Source of the DNA: an uncultured Candidatus Rokubacteria bacterium
GTDB lineage: Bacteria > Methylomirabilota > Methylomirabilia > Rokubacteriales > DASRDR01
Assembly: GCA_963708025.1 (NCBI GenBank)
Contig: CAVPSB010000002.1
Location: 64,001-128,000 of the forward strand
Direction of reading: 5' to 3'
DNA length: 64,000 nucleotides
Shown: positions 19,630 through 29,625 of the stretch, piece by piece
How the letters are laid out: every line of letters starts with the position of its first letter
Position numbering within the stretch: the stretch's first letter is position 1
Notes under the pieces: generated by a model
Seen by the model: the letters and a program-made list of their open reading frames with translations, nothing else
What the model was told of the DNA's origin: nothing
The model's database searches: none
Position numbers and translations under genes: made by a program

Positions 19630-20520
19630 ATGGTCGGTCCGGTCGGCTTCATCGGGTTCGGGGAGGCGGCGAAGGTCCTGGCGGGCGGGCTGAAGGAGGC
19701 CGGGCTCTCGCTGCTGGCGTACTGCCGCGGCACGCGGCACGCCCCCCCGTACACCGCGGAGTTCCGGCGGGAGGCGGCGGCGCTCGGGGTCCAGCTGGTC
19801 GACACGCTGGAGGAGCTGGCCCGGGACGCCGAGGTCCTGATCTCCGCCGTCTCGCCGGGGGCGGCGGGGACGGTGGCGGCGGAGAGCGCGCGGCTCCTGG
19901 GCCCTCGGCACCTCTTCGTCAACCTCAACGCCGTCGCGCCGGCGACGAAGGACGCCATGGCGGCCGGCGTCGCGGCGGTCGGCGCCCGCTTCGTCGATGC
20001 CGAGCTGATGGGGGCCGCCTCGCTCTACGGCGCGGCGGTGCCGCTGTACGTCTCGGGGAGCGGGGCGGAGGGCTTCAGACAGGCGTTCGCGCCGCTCGGG
20101 CTGAACGTCACCCTCGTTCCGGGGGCGCCGAGCGCGGCGGCCGCGCTCAAGATGCTGCGGAGCGTGGTCACCAAGGGCATGGAGGCCGTGATCGTCGAGG
20201 CGATGTTCGCGGCGTTCCGGGCGGGGGTGGCGCGGGAGGCCTTCGCGGCGATCACCGAGCCGATGGACGCCGTGAAGTTCTCGGACTTCGCCAAGATGTG
20301 CCTCACCTCGGACCCGATCCATTCCGGCCGCCGGGCCGAAGAGATGCGGAGCGTCAGCGAGGTGGTCCGCCGCCTGGGCGTCGAGCCCATCATGACGGAC
20401 GCCGCCCAGCGGCGGCTCGCGTGGTCGGCGGCCCTGGGGGGCCGGCCGGCGGCGCCGACGCCGGCGATGACCGACTACCTCGAGGTGCTGACCTGGTACG
20501 ATCGGTGGGACCGCCAATGA
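19630..20520 (+). CDS. NAD(P)-dependent oxidoreductase (HIBADH/6PGD-like with DUF1932-type C-terminus)
   Basis: GFIGFGEAA, LKMLRSVVTKG, RRAEEM. Confidence 0.8.
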   Translation: MVGPVGFIGFGEAAKVLAGGLKEAGLSLLAYCRGTRHAPPYTAEFRREAAALGVQLVDTLEELARDAEVLISAVSPGAAGTVAAESARLLGPRHLFVNLNAVAPATKDAMAAGVAAVGARFVDAELMGAASLYGAAVPLYVSGSGAEGFRQAFAPLGLNVTLVPGAPSAAAALKMLRSVVTKGMEAVIVEAMFAAFRAGVAREAFAAITEPMDAVKFSDFAKMCLTSDPIHSGRRAEEMRSVSEVVRRLGVEPIMTDAAQRRLAWSAALGGRPAAPTPAMTDYLEVLTWYDRWDRQ

Positions 20521-20582
20521 CCGGCGCTGGCCGCCACCGGCGCCGGCGCACATCCGAACCGCTTTCAGACAGGGGGCGTTTC

Positions 20583-21566
20583 ATGACCGGAAGATTCGTG
20601 ACGCTGGTCGTCCTGGCCGTCGCGGCGATGATCGGGGTCGGCACGATCGCCAACGCGGCGCCGAGCGTGGACTTCGCCGCCGCGTGCACCTGGTACGGGC
20701 ACGTGCCGATCATCACCGGCATCGAGAAGGGCTGGTTCAAGGAGGCGGGGGCCGACGTGAAGCTCCAGACCATCGTGAGCAGCGCCGACCGCATGCTCGC
20801 CCTCACCAGCGGGGCGATCGGTTGGACGAACACCGGGCAGCTGGCGACGATCGCCGAGATGGCCAAGGGGAACCGCACCTTCTACTGGGTCGGCATGATC
20901 GACGAGGTGGCCGGCCAGGAGGGGCTGGCGGTGCGGCCGGGGATCACCCGCGTCGAGGAGCTCCGGGGCAAGAAGATCGGGGTGCCGAGCAACTCGAGCG
21001 CCGAGGTCACCGCGTCCCTACTGCTGCAGGATGCCGGCCTCACCCGCAAGGACGTGGAGATCATTCCGCTCACCGTCACCGACATCACGACCGCCTTCGC
21101 CCGGGGCCAGATCGACGCCTACGCGGTCTGGCAGCCCACGCTGTCCTCGGCGCTGGCCGGGCAGCCGGGGGCGAAGATCCTGGCGACGAACGCCGACACC
21201 AACCTCTACAAGAAGGAAGGGACCATCGCCGCCGGCGACGTGGTGGTCATGCGGCGCGACCTCGTCAACGGCAACCCCCAGCTGGCCGGCGCCATCCTGA
21301 AAGGGCTGACGAAGGCGCTCGCCTACGTGAAGACCAACCCGGCGGACGCCGCCGCCGCCGTCGCCTCCTGCTACCGCACGGAGCCCGCGAAGGCGCTGGA
21401 GAGCCTCCGCACCTTCACGTACTACGAGGGCACCCGGCAGAAGACCATGGCGCCCAACGTGCTCCGGGTGCTGAACCAGCTGGTCGAGTGGGCGCACAGC
21501 TCGGGGCGCATCGCCACCCGACCGGATCCGGCCGAGTGGATGAACCCGAAGCTCTGGCCGGAGTAG
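20583..21566 (+). CDS. ABC substrate-binding protein, TauA/SsuA type
   Basis: Signal peptide, EKGWFKEAG, ELRGKKIGV, GQIDAYAVWQP. Confidence 0.85.
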   Translation: MTGRFVTLVVLAVAAMIGVGTIANAAPSVDFAAACTWYGHVPIITGIEKGWFKEAGADVKLQTIVSSADRMLALTSGAIGWTNTGQLATIAEMAKGNRTFYWVGMIDEVAGQEGLAVRPGITRVEELRGKKIGVPSNSSAEVTASLLLQDAGLTRKDVEIIPLTVTDITTAFARGQIDAYAVWQPTLSSALAGQPGAKILATNADTNLYKKEGTIAAGDVVVMRRDLVNGNPQLAGAILKGLTKALAYVKTNPADAAAAVASCYRTEPAKALESLRTFTYYEGTRQKTMAPNVLRVLNQLVEWAHSSGRIATRPDPAEWMNPKLWPE

Positions 21567-21610
21567 GCGGCGCTCCGGGCGCGGGGCGGGCGGGCCGGGG
21601 GGCGACCGGG

Positions 21611-22438
21611 ATGGGTGCCGTCGAGGCGGGAATCGAGAGAGCCACGCCGGCGCCCGGCGGGCGGGCGGGGAGTCAACGCTGGCGCTACGCCCTGGTCAGC
21701 GTCGCCTCGGCGCTCGGGTTCTTCGCGGTCTGGCAGCTGGTGACCGCCACCGAGCTGATCTCGCCGCTCTTCCTGCCCTCCCCGGCCGCGGTGTGGGCGG
21801 AGGCGCGGAAGCTGGCGGTGAGCGGGGAGCTGCCGACCCACATCCTGACCAGCGCCCGGCGCGTCTTCATCGGCTACCTCCTGTCGGCGGCGGCGGCGAT
21901 CCCGCTCGGCATCCTGATGGGCACCTCCCGCATCGCCAAGGCGATCGTGGACCCCGTGCTGTCGCTCATCCGGCCGCTCCCGTCGCTCTCCTGGATCCCG
22001 CTGAGCATCCTGTGGTTCGGGATCGGGGAGTCGCAGAAGTACTCGATCGTGTTCATGGGCACGTTCGCCACGCTCCTCCTGTACGTGGCCGAGGCGACCA
22101 AGCAGGTCAACCCGCTCCTGGTGCTGGCCGCCCGGAACATGGGCGCCAACAGCCTCGACGTCATGCGGGAGGTCGTGCTCCCGGGGGCGCTGCCGGGCAT
22201 CGTCAGCGGGCTCAAGGTGTCGCTGGCAGTCTCGTGGACCGTGGTGCTGAGCGCCGAGATGGTGGCGGCGAACCGGGGGCTGGGCGCCCTGATCTGGTTC
22301 GGCAAGGACTGGAACAACCTGGCGCTGATCATGGTCGGCATGGCGCTCATCAGCACGACGGTCTTCCTCATCGACGCCGCCGTCCGCAGCGTGGAGGACC
22401 GGATCATCCCCTGGGAGCGGCACCGGGTCAAGAAGTAG
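21611..22438 (+). CDS. ABC permease, TauC/SsuC type
   Basis: LPSPAAV, RPLPSLSWIPL, AARNMGA, AEMVAA..GLG. Confidence 0.9.
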   Translation: MGAVEAGIERATPAPGGRAGSQRWRYALVSVASALGFFAVWQLVTATELISPLFLPSPAAVWAEARKLAVSGELPTHILTSARRVFIGYLLSAAAAIPLGILMGTSRIAKAIVDPVLSLIRPLPSLSWIPLSILWFGIGESQKYSIVFMGTFATLLLYVAEATKQVNPLLVLAARNMGANSLDVMREVVLPGALPGIVSGLKVSLAVSWTVVLSAEMVAANRGLGALIWFGKDWNNLALIMVGMALISTTVFLIDAAVRSVEDRIIPWERHRVKK

Positions 22439-22442
22439 CGGC

Positions 22443-23237
22443 GTGCCCATCCTCTCCGCCGAGCACGTGACGAAGGTCTTCGCCGCCGGCCGGGGCCGCC
22501 AGGTGGTGGCGCTCCAGGACCTGAGCCTGACCGTCGAGGAGGGGGAGCTGGTCTGCCTGGTCGGCAGCTCCGGCTGCGGCAAGAGCACCTTTCTCTACCT
22601 GCTGGCCGGCTTCGTCCAGCCGACGGCCGGGCGGATCCTGCTCCACGGCCAGCCGGTCGTCGGCATCGAGCGGCGGTGCGGCATCGTGTTCCAGAGTTAC
22701 GCCCTGTTCCCGTGGAAGACCGTCCGCGGGAACGTCGAGTTCGCGCTGCGACTCAAGGGACTGCGGCCGCCGGCCGTCGCCGAGCGGTCGGCGCACTACA
22801 TCGCCATGGTGAACCTCCGCGGCTTCGAGGACCTCTACCCGGCCCAGCTCTCGGGCGGGATGCAGCAGCGGGTCGCGCTGGCGCGGGCCCTGGCCGGCGA
22901 TCCCGAGGTCCTCCTGATGGACGAGCCCTTCGCGGCGCTGGACGCGATGACCCGGCAGGTTCTCCAGCAGGAGTTCCTGAAGATCCATCAGCAGAGCCGG
23001 AAGACGACGGTGTTCGTCACCCACAACATCGACGAGGCGCTCCTCCTGTCGGACCGCATCATCGTGCTCCGCGCGAACCCCGGCCGGGTCCACGCCGTCA
23101 TCCCCAACGACCTCCCGTCACCCCGGAGCCTCGATCTGCAGGGCCACCCCGGCTACGCCAAGCTCAAGGGCATGGTCTGGGACGGCGTGGCCCAGGACGT
23201 CCACCAGCAGATCGAGGGCTCGCGGACGCCGTCGTGA
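22443..23237 (+). CDS. ABC ATP-binding protein, TauB/SsuB type
   Basis: [27 protein letters not shown]. Confidence 0.93.
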   Translation: MPILSAEHVTKVFAAGRGRQVVALQDLSLTVEEGELVCLVGSSGCGKSTFLYLLAGFVQPTAGRILLHGQPVVGIERRCGIVFQSYALFPWKTVRGNVEFALRLKGLRPPAVAERSAHYIAMVNLRGFEDLYPAQLSGGMQQRVALARALAGDPEVLLMDEPFAALDAMTRQVLQQEFLKIHQQSRKTTVFVTHNIDEALLLSDRIIVLRANPGRVHAVIPNDLPSPRSLDLQGHPGYAKLKGMVWDGVAQDVHQQIEGSRTPS

Positions 23238-23254
23238 GAGCGTGTGAAGGAATG

Positions 23255-23331
23255 GGTTCTCCGACTCCCCCCTTCCCCCCGGCCAAAGGCCGAAGGCCGT
23301 CGGACAAATGGGGTGGGCGGGAGGTCGCGAA
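23255..23331 (+). repeat. Family-1 repeat copy 5
   Basis: ctccgactccccccttcccccggccaaaggccgaaggccgtc..ggggtgggcgggaggtcgcgaa-CTG. Confidence 0.8.
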
Positions 23332-24636
23332 CTGAGCGCCGCCGGCCCGCTCCCAGACCAGGCGGACGTCGTGATCGTCGGCGGCGGGATCACCGGGGCC
23401 GCCTGCGCGGCGGAGGCCGCCCGGCGGGGCGCGGCGGTCCTCCTCCTCGAGAAGGAAGGCGACCTGGCGGGGGAGGCGTCCGGCCGGAGCTTCGGCAGCC
23501 TGAGGCTCCAGGGGCGTCACCCGGCGGAGCTGCCGCTGGCGCTCGACGCCCTGGAGCTCTGGGCCCAGGCGTCGCGGGACCTGGGTGCCGACTTCGACTT
23601 CGTGCAGGGCGGGAACCTGTACGTCGCGGAGACCGCGGCCGAGGTCGCAGAGCTCCGGGAGCAGCTCGAGCGCGCCAAGGCGGCCGGGTTCACCGACGTG
23701 CGCCTGCTCGGTCCCGAGGAGACCCGGGAGATCATCCCGACGCTGGCCCGGGGGTTTGCGGGGGCCCTCTACAGCCCGCGCGACGCGCACTGCGACCCGG
23801 GCAGGGCGGTGCGGGCGTACGCGGGCGCGGCCGTGTGTCGCGGCGCGCGGATCGCCCTCGACACGAAGGTGACGGACGTCCGCGTGGCCGGCGGGGTGGT
23901 GCGGGGGGTGCGGACCGCGCGCGGCGACGTGACGGCGGCGCGCGTGGTCGTCGCCGCCGGGATCTGGACGCCCCGGCTGGTGCGCGATCTCGGGATCCGC
24001 ATCCCCATCACGCCGATCATCTACACGAACGGCGAGACGGCGCCGTTGCCGCCCTTGCTGACGGCCACCCTGCGGGCCTTCCGCTTCAGCTGCCGGCAGC
24101 GGCCCAGCGGCGAGCTGCTGTTGGGCGCCGGGCTCGACGCCCGGGTCGCGCACCGGCTGTCCCTCGAGGATCTCCGGGACCTCGGGCTTTGGCTGCCGCG
24201 CTACTGGGCCAACCGGCGCCAGATCCGGCTGCGGGTCGACGGCGCCGGGCTGTGGCGGGAGCTCCGGGGCCTGGGTCGGCCGTCAGCCTCGGGGATCCCG
24301 GTTGGCGCCCACCCCGCTGCCGACGCGCGCGTCCTGGCTCCCGCGCTGGCCGCGCTCCAGACATGGCTCCCGGTCGCCCGCGGCGCCTCGATCGCGCGCA
24401 GCTGGGCGGGCGTCCTCGACCTCTCCCCCGACGGCCTGCCGGTGATCGAGCGGACGGCGCGACCCGACGGCCTCGTGCTCCTCACCGGCCTCAGCGGCCA
24501 CGGCCTGGCGCTGGCCCCCGTGCTCGGGAAGATCCTGGCCGACCTCGCCCTGGATGGGCGCACGGGCCACGATCTGTCACCCTTCCGGCTGGCCCGGCTC
24601 GCGGGCGCCGTGCCGCTGCCGCCCCGCCTGGTGTAG
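23332..24636 (+). CDS. FAD-dependent oxidoreductase, DAO/sarcosine oxidase family (start uncertain: CTG 23332 or ATG 23308)
   Basis: VVIVGGGITG, ASGRSFG, VVAAGIW, WAG..D.SPDGLP, GLSGHG. Confidence 0.85.
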   Translation: MSAAGPLPDQADVVIVGGGITGAACAAEAARRGAAVLLLEKEGDLAGEASGRSFGSLRLQGRHPAELPLALDALELWAQASRDLGADFDFVQGGNLYVAETAAEVAELREQLERAKAAGFTDVRLLGPEETREIIPTLARGFAGALYSPRDAHCDPGRAVRAYAGAAVCRGARIALDTKVTDVRVAGGVVRGVRTARGDVTAARVVVAAGIWTPRLVRDLGIRIPITPIIYTNGETAPLPPLLTATLRAFRFSCRQRPSGELLLGAGLDARVAHRLSLEDLRDLGLWLPRYWANRRQIRLRVDGAGLWRELRGLGRPSASGIPVGAHPAADARVLAPALAALQTWLPVARGASIARSWAGVLDLSPDGLPVIERTARPDGLVLLTGLSGHGLALAPVLGKILADLALDGRTGHDLSPFRLARLAGAVPLPPRLV

Positions 24637-24646
24637 GAGGTTCCTC

Positions 24647-26851
24647 GTGGACGGAGCGGGAGCGCGGGAGCGCCGGGAGGGGATGGACGCGGAGGCGGGA
24701 GAGGCCTTCCCGCCGATGGTAGACGCGGCGGCGCGCTGGCCCGTCGTGGAGCGCGCGCTCGCAGAGGGCCGCCTGGTGCTGGCCGAGCCGGAGGCCGCCG
24801 AGCTGCTCGCCGCCTACGGCGTGCCCCAGCCCCGGGAGAGCCTGGCAACGAGCGGTCAGGCCGCCGTGGACGCGGCCCGGCGCCTCGGGTACCCCGTCGT
24901 CCTGAAGGCGTGCTCGCCCGACCTGCTCCACAAGTCGGATGTCGGCGCCGTGCGGCTCGGGCTCGGCGACGACCGGGCGGTGGCCGCGGCGTTCGAGGAG
25001 CTCCGGTCCCTCGTGGCGGCGCGCGGTGGCCGCTGGCTCGGCGGGCTCGTCCAGGAGCAGGTGGCGGCCGACCTCGAGCTGATCGTGGGCGCCCGCTTCG
25101 ACGTGACGTTCGGGCCGGTGGTCCTGGTCGGCTTCGGCGGGACGCTGGCCGAGCTCCTGGAGGACCGCGCGGTCCGGGTCGCGCCGGTCGGCCCGGGGAC
25201 GGCCCGGCGGATGCTGGCGGAGCTCCGCGGCTCGCGCCTCCTGACCGGGTATCGGGGGCGGCCCGCGGCCGACCTCGAGGCGCTCGCCCGGCTCATCGCC
25301 GCCACCAGCCGGCTCGTGAACGAGGTGCCGGTCGAGGAGCTGGATCTCAACCCAGTCCTGGTCCGGCTGGGCGCGCGCGGGGTGGTGGCCGTCGACCGCC
25401 GGGTGATCCTGAGACGGGCGGAGCCCGTGTCGGCGCCGCCTCGGCCCGGCGACGCGCGGGAGGCGGTCCGGCGCCTCCTCAATCCCGCGTCGGTGGCGGT
25501 AGTGGGCGCCAGCCGGGATGCCGTGAAGATCGGGAGCCGGGTGCTCCGCAACCTCACCCGGGCCGGGTTCCCCGGCCGGATCTTCGCGGTGAACCCGCGG
25601 GGGGAGGCGGTGCTCGATTCCGTCCCGACCGTGAAGTCGGTCGGCGAGCTGCCCCGGGACCTCGACCTCGCCTGCATCGCGGTGCCGCCCGAGGCGTGCG
25701 AGTCGGTCATCCGGGCCTGCGGGGAGCAGGGCATCCCGTCCGCGATCGTGTTCACCTCCGGGTTCGCCGAGGCCGGCCAGGCGGAGGCCGAGCGCCGGCT
25801 CGTCGAGGCCGCCCGCGGCGCCGGGGTGCGCTTCTGCGGCCCCAACACCCTCGGCATCCTGAACCCGGACGCCCGCTTCTACGGCACCTTCAGCGGGGCG
25901 CTCGCGATGACGCCGCCGACCGGCGGCGAGATCGCCTATCTGTCGCAGAGCGGCGCGCTGGGCGGTGCCTTCATGACCCGGTTGTGGGAGCGGGGCATCG
26001 GGATCTGCCGCTTCGTGTCGGTCGGGAACCAGGCGGATCTCGACCTGGCCGACTACGTGGACGCGCTCGTGGAGGACGCGGCGGTGCGGGTCCTCGCGCT
26101 CTTCGTCGAGGGCGTGGCCGACGGGCGGAAGCTCGGCCGGGCCCTCGGGCGGGCCCGGGACCGGGGCAAGCCGGTGGTCGTCTACAAGGCCGGCCGCACC
26201 CGGGAGGGCCAGTCCGCCATCCGCTCGCATACCGGCGCCCTCGCCGGTGACGACGTGGTGTGGTCGGCCGCGCTCTGGCAGGCGGGGGCGATCCGGGTGA
26301 CCGACATGCAGACCCTGTTCGATGCGGCGCTCGCGCTGGCGTGGCAGCCCCGCCCGGCCGGGCGGCGGGTGGGGATCGTCTCGACCTCCGGCGGCGCCTG
26401 CGGGATCCTCGCCGACGAGTGCCGCCTTCGCGGCTTCGAGGTGCCGGAGCTGCCTCCGGCCTCCCGGCAGCGGGTCGAGGCCGAGATCCCGAGCTTCGGG
26501 GCCTCGAAGAACCCGATCGACGTCACCGCGCAGATGCTCAGCCGGCCGGAGATGTTCCGGAACGTGCTCCGGATCCTGGGCGAGGAGCCGGAGATCGACG
26601 TCATCATCCTGATGCTGACCACACTGGCCGACCCCGTCGCCGAGGAGGTCGCCGAGCAGATCGCGGCCACGACCCGGGGCCTCGCCAAGCCGGTCCTGGC
26701 GAGCTGGATCATCGCGCGGTCCCTGGCGGCGAAGGGGATGGCCCGGCTGATGGACGCTCGCATCCCGCTCTACGACACCCCCGAGCGGGCCGTCGCGGCG
26801 CTGGCCGCGCTCGCCGACTGGCCGGGCCCGGGGGAAGGGGAAGGGGTCTGA
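24647..26851 (+). CDS. NDP-forming acyl-CoA synthetase (acetate-CoA ligase family), beta(ATP-grasp)-alpha domain order
   Basis: GYPVVLK..HKSDVG, ELDLNP, then PASVAVVGAS, GPNTLG, SQSG, SHTGALAG phospho-His, NPIDV; AGGAGG before GTG. Confidence 0.88.
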   Translation: MDGAGARERREGMDAEAGEAFPPMVDAAARWPVVERALAEGRLVLAEPEAAELLAAYGVPQPRESLATSGQAAVDAARRLGYPVVLKACSPDLLHKSDVGAVRLGLGDDRAVAAAFEELRSLVAARGGRWLGGLVQEQVAADLELIVGARFDVTFGPVVLVGFGGTLAELLEDRAVRVAPVGPGTARRMLAELRGSRLLTGYRGRPAADLEALARLIAATSRLVNEVPVEELDLNPVLVRLGARGVVAVDRRVILRRAEPVSAPPRPGDAREAVRRLLNPASVAVVGASRDAVKIGSRVLRNLTRAGFPGRIFAVNPRGEAVLDSVPTVKSVGELPRDLDLACIAVPPEACESVIRACGEQGIPSAIVFTSGFAEAGQAEAERRLVEAARGAGVRFCGPNTLGILNPDARFYGTFSGALAMTPPTGGEIAYLSQSGALGGAFMTRLWERGIGICRFVSVGNQADLDLADYVDALVEDAAVRVLALFVEGVADGRKLGRALGRARDRGKPVVVYKAGRTREGQSAIRSHTGALAGDDVVWSAALWQAGAIRVTDMQTLFDAALALAWQPRPAGRRVGIVSTSGGACGILADECRLRGFEVPELPPASRQRVEAEIPSFGASKNPIDVTAQMLSRPEMFRNVLRILGEEPEIDVIILMLTTLADPVAEEVAEQIAATTRGLAKPVLASWIIARSLAAKGMARLMDARIPLYDTPERAVAALAALADWPGPGEGEGV

Positions 26852-26853
26852 CG

Positions 26854-28032
26854 GTGGATTTCAAGTTCAGCGACGCGCAGGAGACGTTCCGGAAGGAGAT
26901 CCGGCAGTGGCTCGAGTCCAACCTGCCGGACGACCTGCGCCAGCGCGCCTTCGCGTCGTCCCGGTGCGATCCGGACGAGGTCCGGAAGCTCCGCGCGTGG
27001 CAGAAGCGGATGTGCGAGGCCGGCTACGTCGGGCTCGACTGGCCGCCCCGGTTCGGCGGGCGCGGCGCGTCGCTCGTCGAGCAGATCATCCTCTACCAGG
27101 AGATGGCGCGGGCGGGATCGCCCCAGTTCGTCAATCGTGGCGGGGTCTCGATGCTGGGGCCCACCCTCATGAAGCACGGCACCGCCGCCCAGCAGCAGCG
27201 CTTCCTGCCGCACATCCTCACCGCCGACGAGCTGTGGTGCCAGGGCTTCTCCGAGCCGAACGCCGGCTCCGACCTGGCGAACCTCCAGACCCGGGCCATC
27301 CGTCGCGCCGACGGCTTCGTCGTGAAGGGCCAGAAGGTCTGGACGAGCATGGCCCACGTCGCCGACTGGTGCTTCCTGTTGACCCGCACCGACCCCGGCG
27401 CCCCGCGCCACAAGGGCCTCGGCTTCCTCCTGGTCGACATGCGCTCGCCGGGGATCACGGTCCGGCCGCTCCGCCAGATCACCGGCGAGGCGGAGTTCAA
27501 CGAGGTGTTCTTCGACGACGTGGTGGTGCCGGCCGAGAACCTGGTCGGCGCCGAGAACGGGGGCTGGGGCGTCGCCCTGACGACGCTGGCCTACGAGCGC
27601 GACCTGCTCACCTTCATCCGCCACATCTCGCTGCAGAACGCCCTGCAGCGGCTCCTCCGCCTCGCGCGGGAGCGGGGCGCGGCCCGGGATCCGGTCGTGC
27701 GCCAGAAGCTCGCCGCGCTGGTGATCGGCGAGCAGGTGCTCCAGCTGAACGGGTACCGGAGCCTGACGAAGATCCTCCGCGGGGGCGAGCCGGGCCCGGA
27801 GGGGTCGACCTCCAAGCTCTTCTGGAGCCAGCTCGACCAGGACCTGGCCGAGCTGGCCGCCCAGATCCTCGGGCCCCACGGCCAGCTCCTCGGCACGCTG
27901 CCGTCCGCGCCGGACGGCGGGCAGTGGGCGTTCTACGAGCTCCTGGCGCAGGCCAGCGGCATCCGGGCCGGGACCTCCGAGATTCTCCGGAACATCCTCG
28001 CCGAGCGGCTCCTCGGCCTGCCGAAGGATTGA
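26854..28032 (+). CDS. Acyl-CoA dehydrogenase
   Basis: WCQGFSEPNAGSDLA, GQKVWTS, EFNEVFFD, AGTSEI. Confidence 0.92.
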   Translation: MDFKFSDAQETFRKEIRQWLESNLPDDLRQRAFASSRCDPDEVRKLRAWQKRMCEAGYVGLDWPPRFGGRGASLVEQIILYQEMARAGSPQFVNRGGVSMLGPTLMKHGTAAQQQRFLPHILTADELWCQGFSEPNAGSDLANLQTRAIRRADGFVVKGQKVWTSMAHVADWCFLLTRTDPGAPRHKGLGFLLVDMRSPGITVRPLRQITGEAEFNEVFFDDVVVPAENLVGAENGGWGVALTTLAYERDLLTFIRHISLQNALQRLLRLARERGAARDPVVRQKLAALVIGEQVLQLNGYRSLTKILRGGEPGPEGSTSKLFWSQLDQDLAELAAQILGPHGQLLGTLPSAPDGGQWAFYELLAQASGIRAGTSEILRNILAERLLGLPKD

Positions 28033-28044
28033 GAGTCACAATCG

Positions 28045-28134
28045 GGTTCCTCCGGCTCCCCCCTCCCCCGGCCAAAGGCCGAAGGCCGTCCATGGGTGGG
28101 GGAGGGGGGTTGGGGGGCGGGCGGGAGGTCCCAA
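28045..28134 (+). repeat. Family-1 repeat copy 6
   Basis: cctccggctccccctcccccggccaaaggccgaaggccgtc..gggggaggggggttggggggcgggcgggaggtcccaa-ATG. Confidence 0.8.
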
Positions 28135-28917
28135 ATGTCAGAGCTCCTCTACGACGTGGCCGATCGGATCGCGACGATCACCCTCAACCGACCGGACAAG
28201 CTGAACGCCTTCACCGCGGGCATGATCGCGGCGTGGGCCGAGGCCCTCGCCGAGGCCCAGCGGGACCCCTCCGTCAACGTGGTGGTGGTGACGGGGGCCG
28301 GCCGCGCGTTCTGCGCCGGCGGCGACGTGGGGCGGATGGGGGAGGGCCAGCCGAGTGCGCTCGAGCACAAGGACCAGCTCTGGGAGCACATCCACCGGAT
28401 CCCCAGGACGCTCGAGGCGATGGACAAGCCGGTCATCGCCATGGTGAACGGCCTCGCCGTCGGCGCCGGCATGGGCATGTGCCTGATGTGCGACGTCCGG
28501 GTCGCCTCCGACGCGGCGCGCTTCTCGACGGGGTATGTCGGGGTGGGGCTGGTCCCCGGGGACGGGGACACCTACTTCCTGCCCCGGCTGGTGGGCTCGG
28601 CCAAGGCCCTGGAGCTGTTCTGGACCGGGGACTTCCTCGACGCCCCCGAGGCGCTGCGCCTCGGGATCGTCAACCGGGTCGTCCCGCCGGCGGAGCTCCG
28701 GCCGGCGACCGAGGCGCTGGCGCGCCGGATCGCCGACGGGCCCCAGGTGGCGATCCGGATGATGAAGCGGCTCGTCTACCAGAGCGCGAGGCTCGACCTC
28801 CGGACGCACCTCGACCTCGTCTCCTCGCACATGGCCATCGTCCGCCAGACCGCCGACCACGCCGAAGGCGTGGCAGCCTTCCGCGAGAAGCGCCCCCCGC
28901 GGTTCCAGGGCCGCTGA
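28135..28917 (+). CDS. Enoyl-CoA hydratase/isomerase family
   Basis: ITLNRPDKLNA, FCAGGD, KPVIAMVNG.AVGAG, AFREKRPP.F. Confidence 0.92.
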   Translation: MSELLYDVADRIATITLNRPDKLNAFTAGMIAAWAEALAEAQRDPSVNVVVVTGAGRAFCAGGDVGRMGEGQPSALEHKDQLWEHIHRIPRTLEAMDKPVIAMVNGLAVGAGMGMCLMCDVRVASDAARFSTGYVGVGLVPGDGDTYFLPRLVGSAKALELFWTGDFLDAPEALRLGIVNRVVPPAELRPATEALARRIADGPQVAIRMMKRLVYQSARLDLRTHLDLVSSHMAIVRQTADHAEGVAAFREKRPPRFQGR

Positions 28918-29017
28918 GGCTTTCGCTCGCCCGGTGCGAGGGCTGGGATCGAGGAGCGAGCGCAGCCGAGAGTGACGATCGAGCCGAATGGGCGAGTGGG
29001 GGGCCGGGGAGAACCGA

Positions 29018-29046
29018 TGGACTTGACCCAACCGGTTCTATATACT
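29018..29046 (+). promoter_or_regulatory. TA operon promoter, probably leaderless, with palindromic operator candidate
   Basis: TGGACT-17-TATACT; ATG 7 nt downstream; AACCGGTT palindrome at 29030-29037. Confidence 0.55.
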
Positions 29047-29053
29047 GCAGGCA

Positions 29054-29299
29054 ATGAAGCAATTGCTGATCGAGATCGATGCCGAGACGGCGGCGCGGCT
29101 CGACCGGGTGGCGCCGTCCCGCTCGCGGCGCCGGTCCGAGTTCATCCGGGCAGCGATTCGCCGGGCGCTCTGGGAGATCGAGGAACGAACGACCGAGCAG
29201 GCATACCGGCACCAGCCCGACTCCGCCGATGACGCCCACGTCGATCCCGCCGTCTGGGAGAGCCAGGCGCCACGGCGCAAGCGAGGTCATCGGCACTGA
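29054..29299 (+). CDS. Ribbon-helix-helix (CopG-like) antitoxin
   Basis: MKQLLIEID..LDRVA..RSEFIRAAI; acidic C-terminus with AYR..P; directly upstream of a PemK toxin. Confidence 0.8.
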   Translation: MKQLLIEIDAETAARLDRVAPSRSRRRSEFIRAAIRRALWEIEERTTEQAYRHQPDSADDAHVDPAVWESQAPRRKRGHRH

Positions 29300-29625
29300 G
29301 GCAGTACGAGATCCGCTGGGCGAGCATGCCGGTTCCGATCGGTCGCCGCCCGGTTCTGCTGCTCACCCGGACGCCGGCGTACCAGTACCTCGCCAAGGTG
29401 ATCGTGGCGGAGGTGACGACGACGGTCCGGGGGATCCCGCAGGAAGTACCGCTCGGCCGCCGCGAAGGGCTGGCGCGTCCGTCAGTGGCGAACCTCGACA
29501 ACCTGCACGTCGTCGCCAAGGCCCGACTCGGCGACGTCGTTGGACACATCGACGCGAGCCGTCACCGGGAGATCAAGCGCGCGCTGGGCTACGCCCTCGA
29601 CTGGCCCGAGCTCAAGATCCTCTGA
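29296..29625 (+). CDS. mazF: PemK/MazF-family endoribonuclease toxin (probable CTG start; ATG at 29326)
   Basis: (L)RQYEIRWA..GRRPVLLL..VAEVTTTVRGIPQEV.LG..GL..SVANLDNL. Confidence 0.85.
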   Translation: MRQYEIRWASMPVPIGRRPVLLLTRTPAYQYLAKVIVAEVTTTVRGIPQEVPLGRREGLARPSVANLDNLHVVAKARLGDVVGHIDASRHREIKRALGYALDWPELKIL

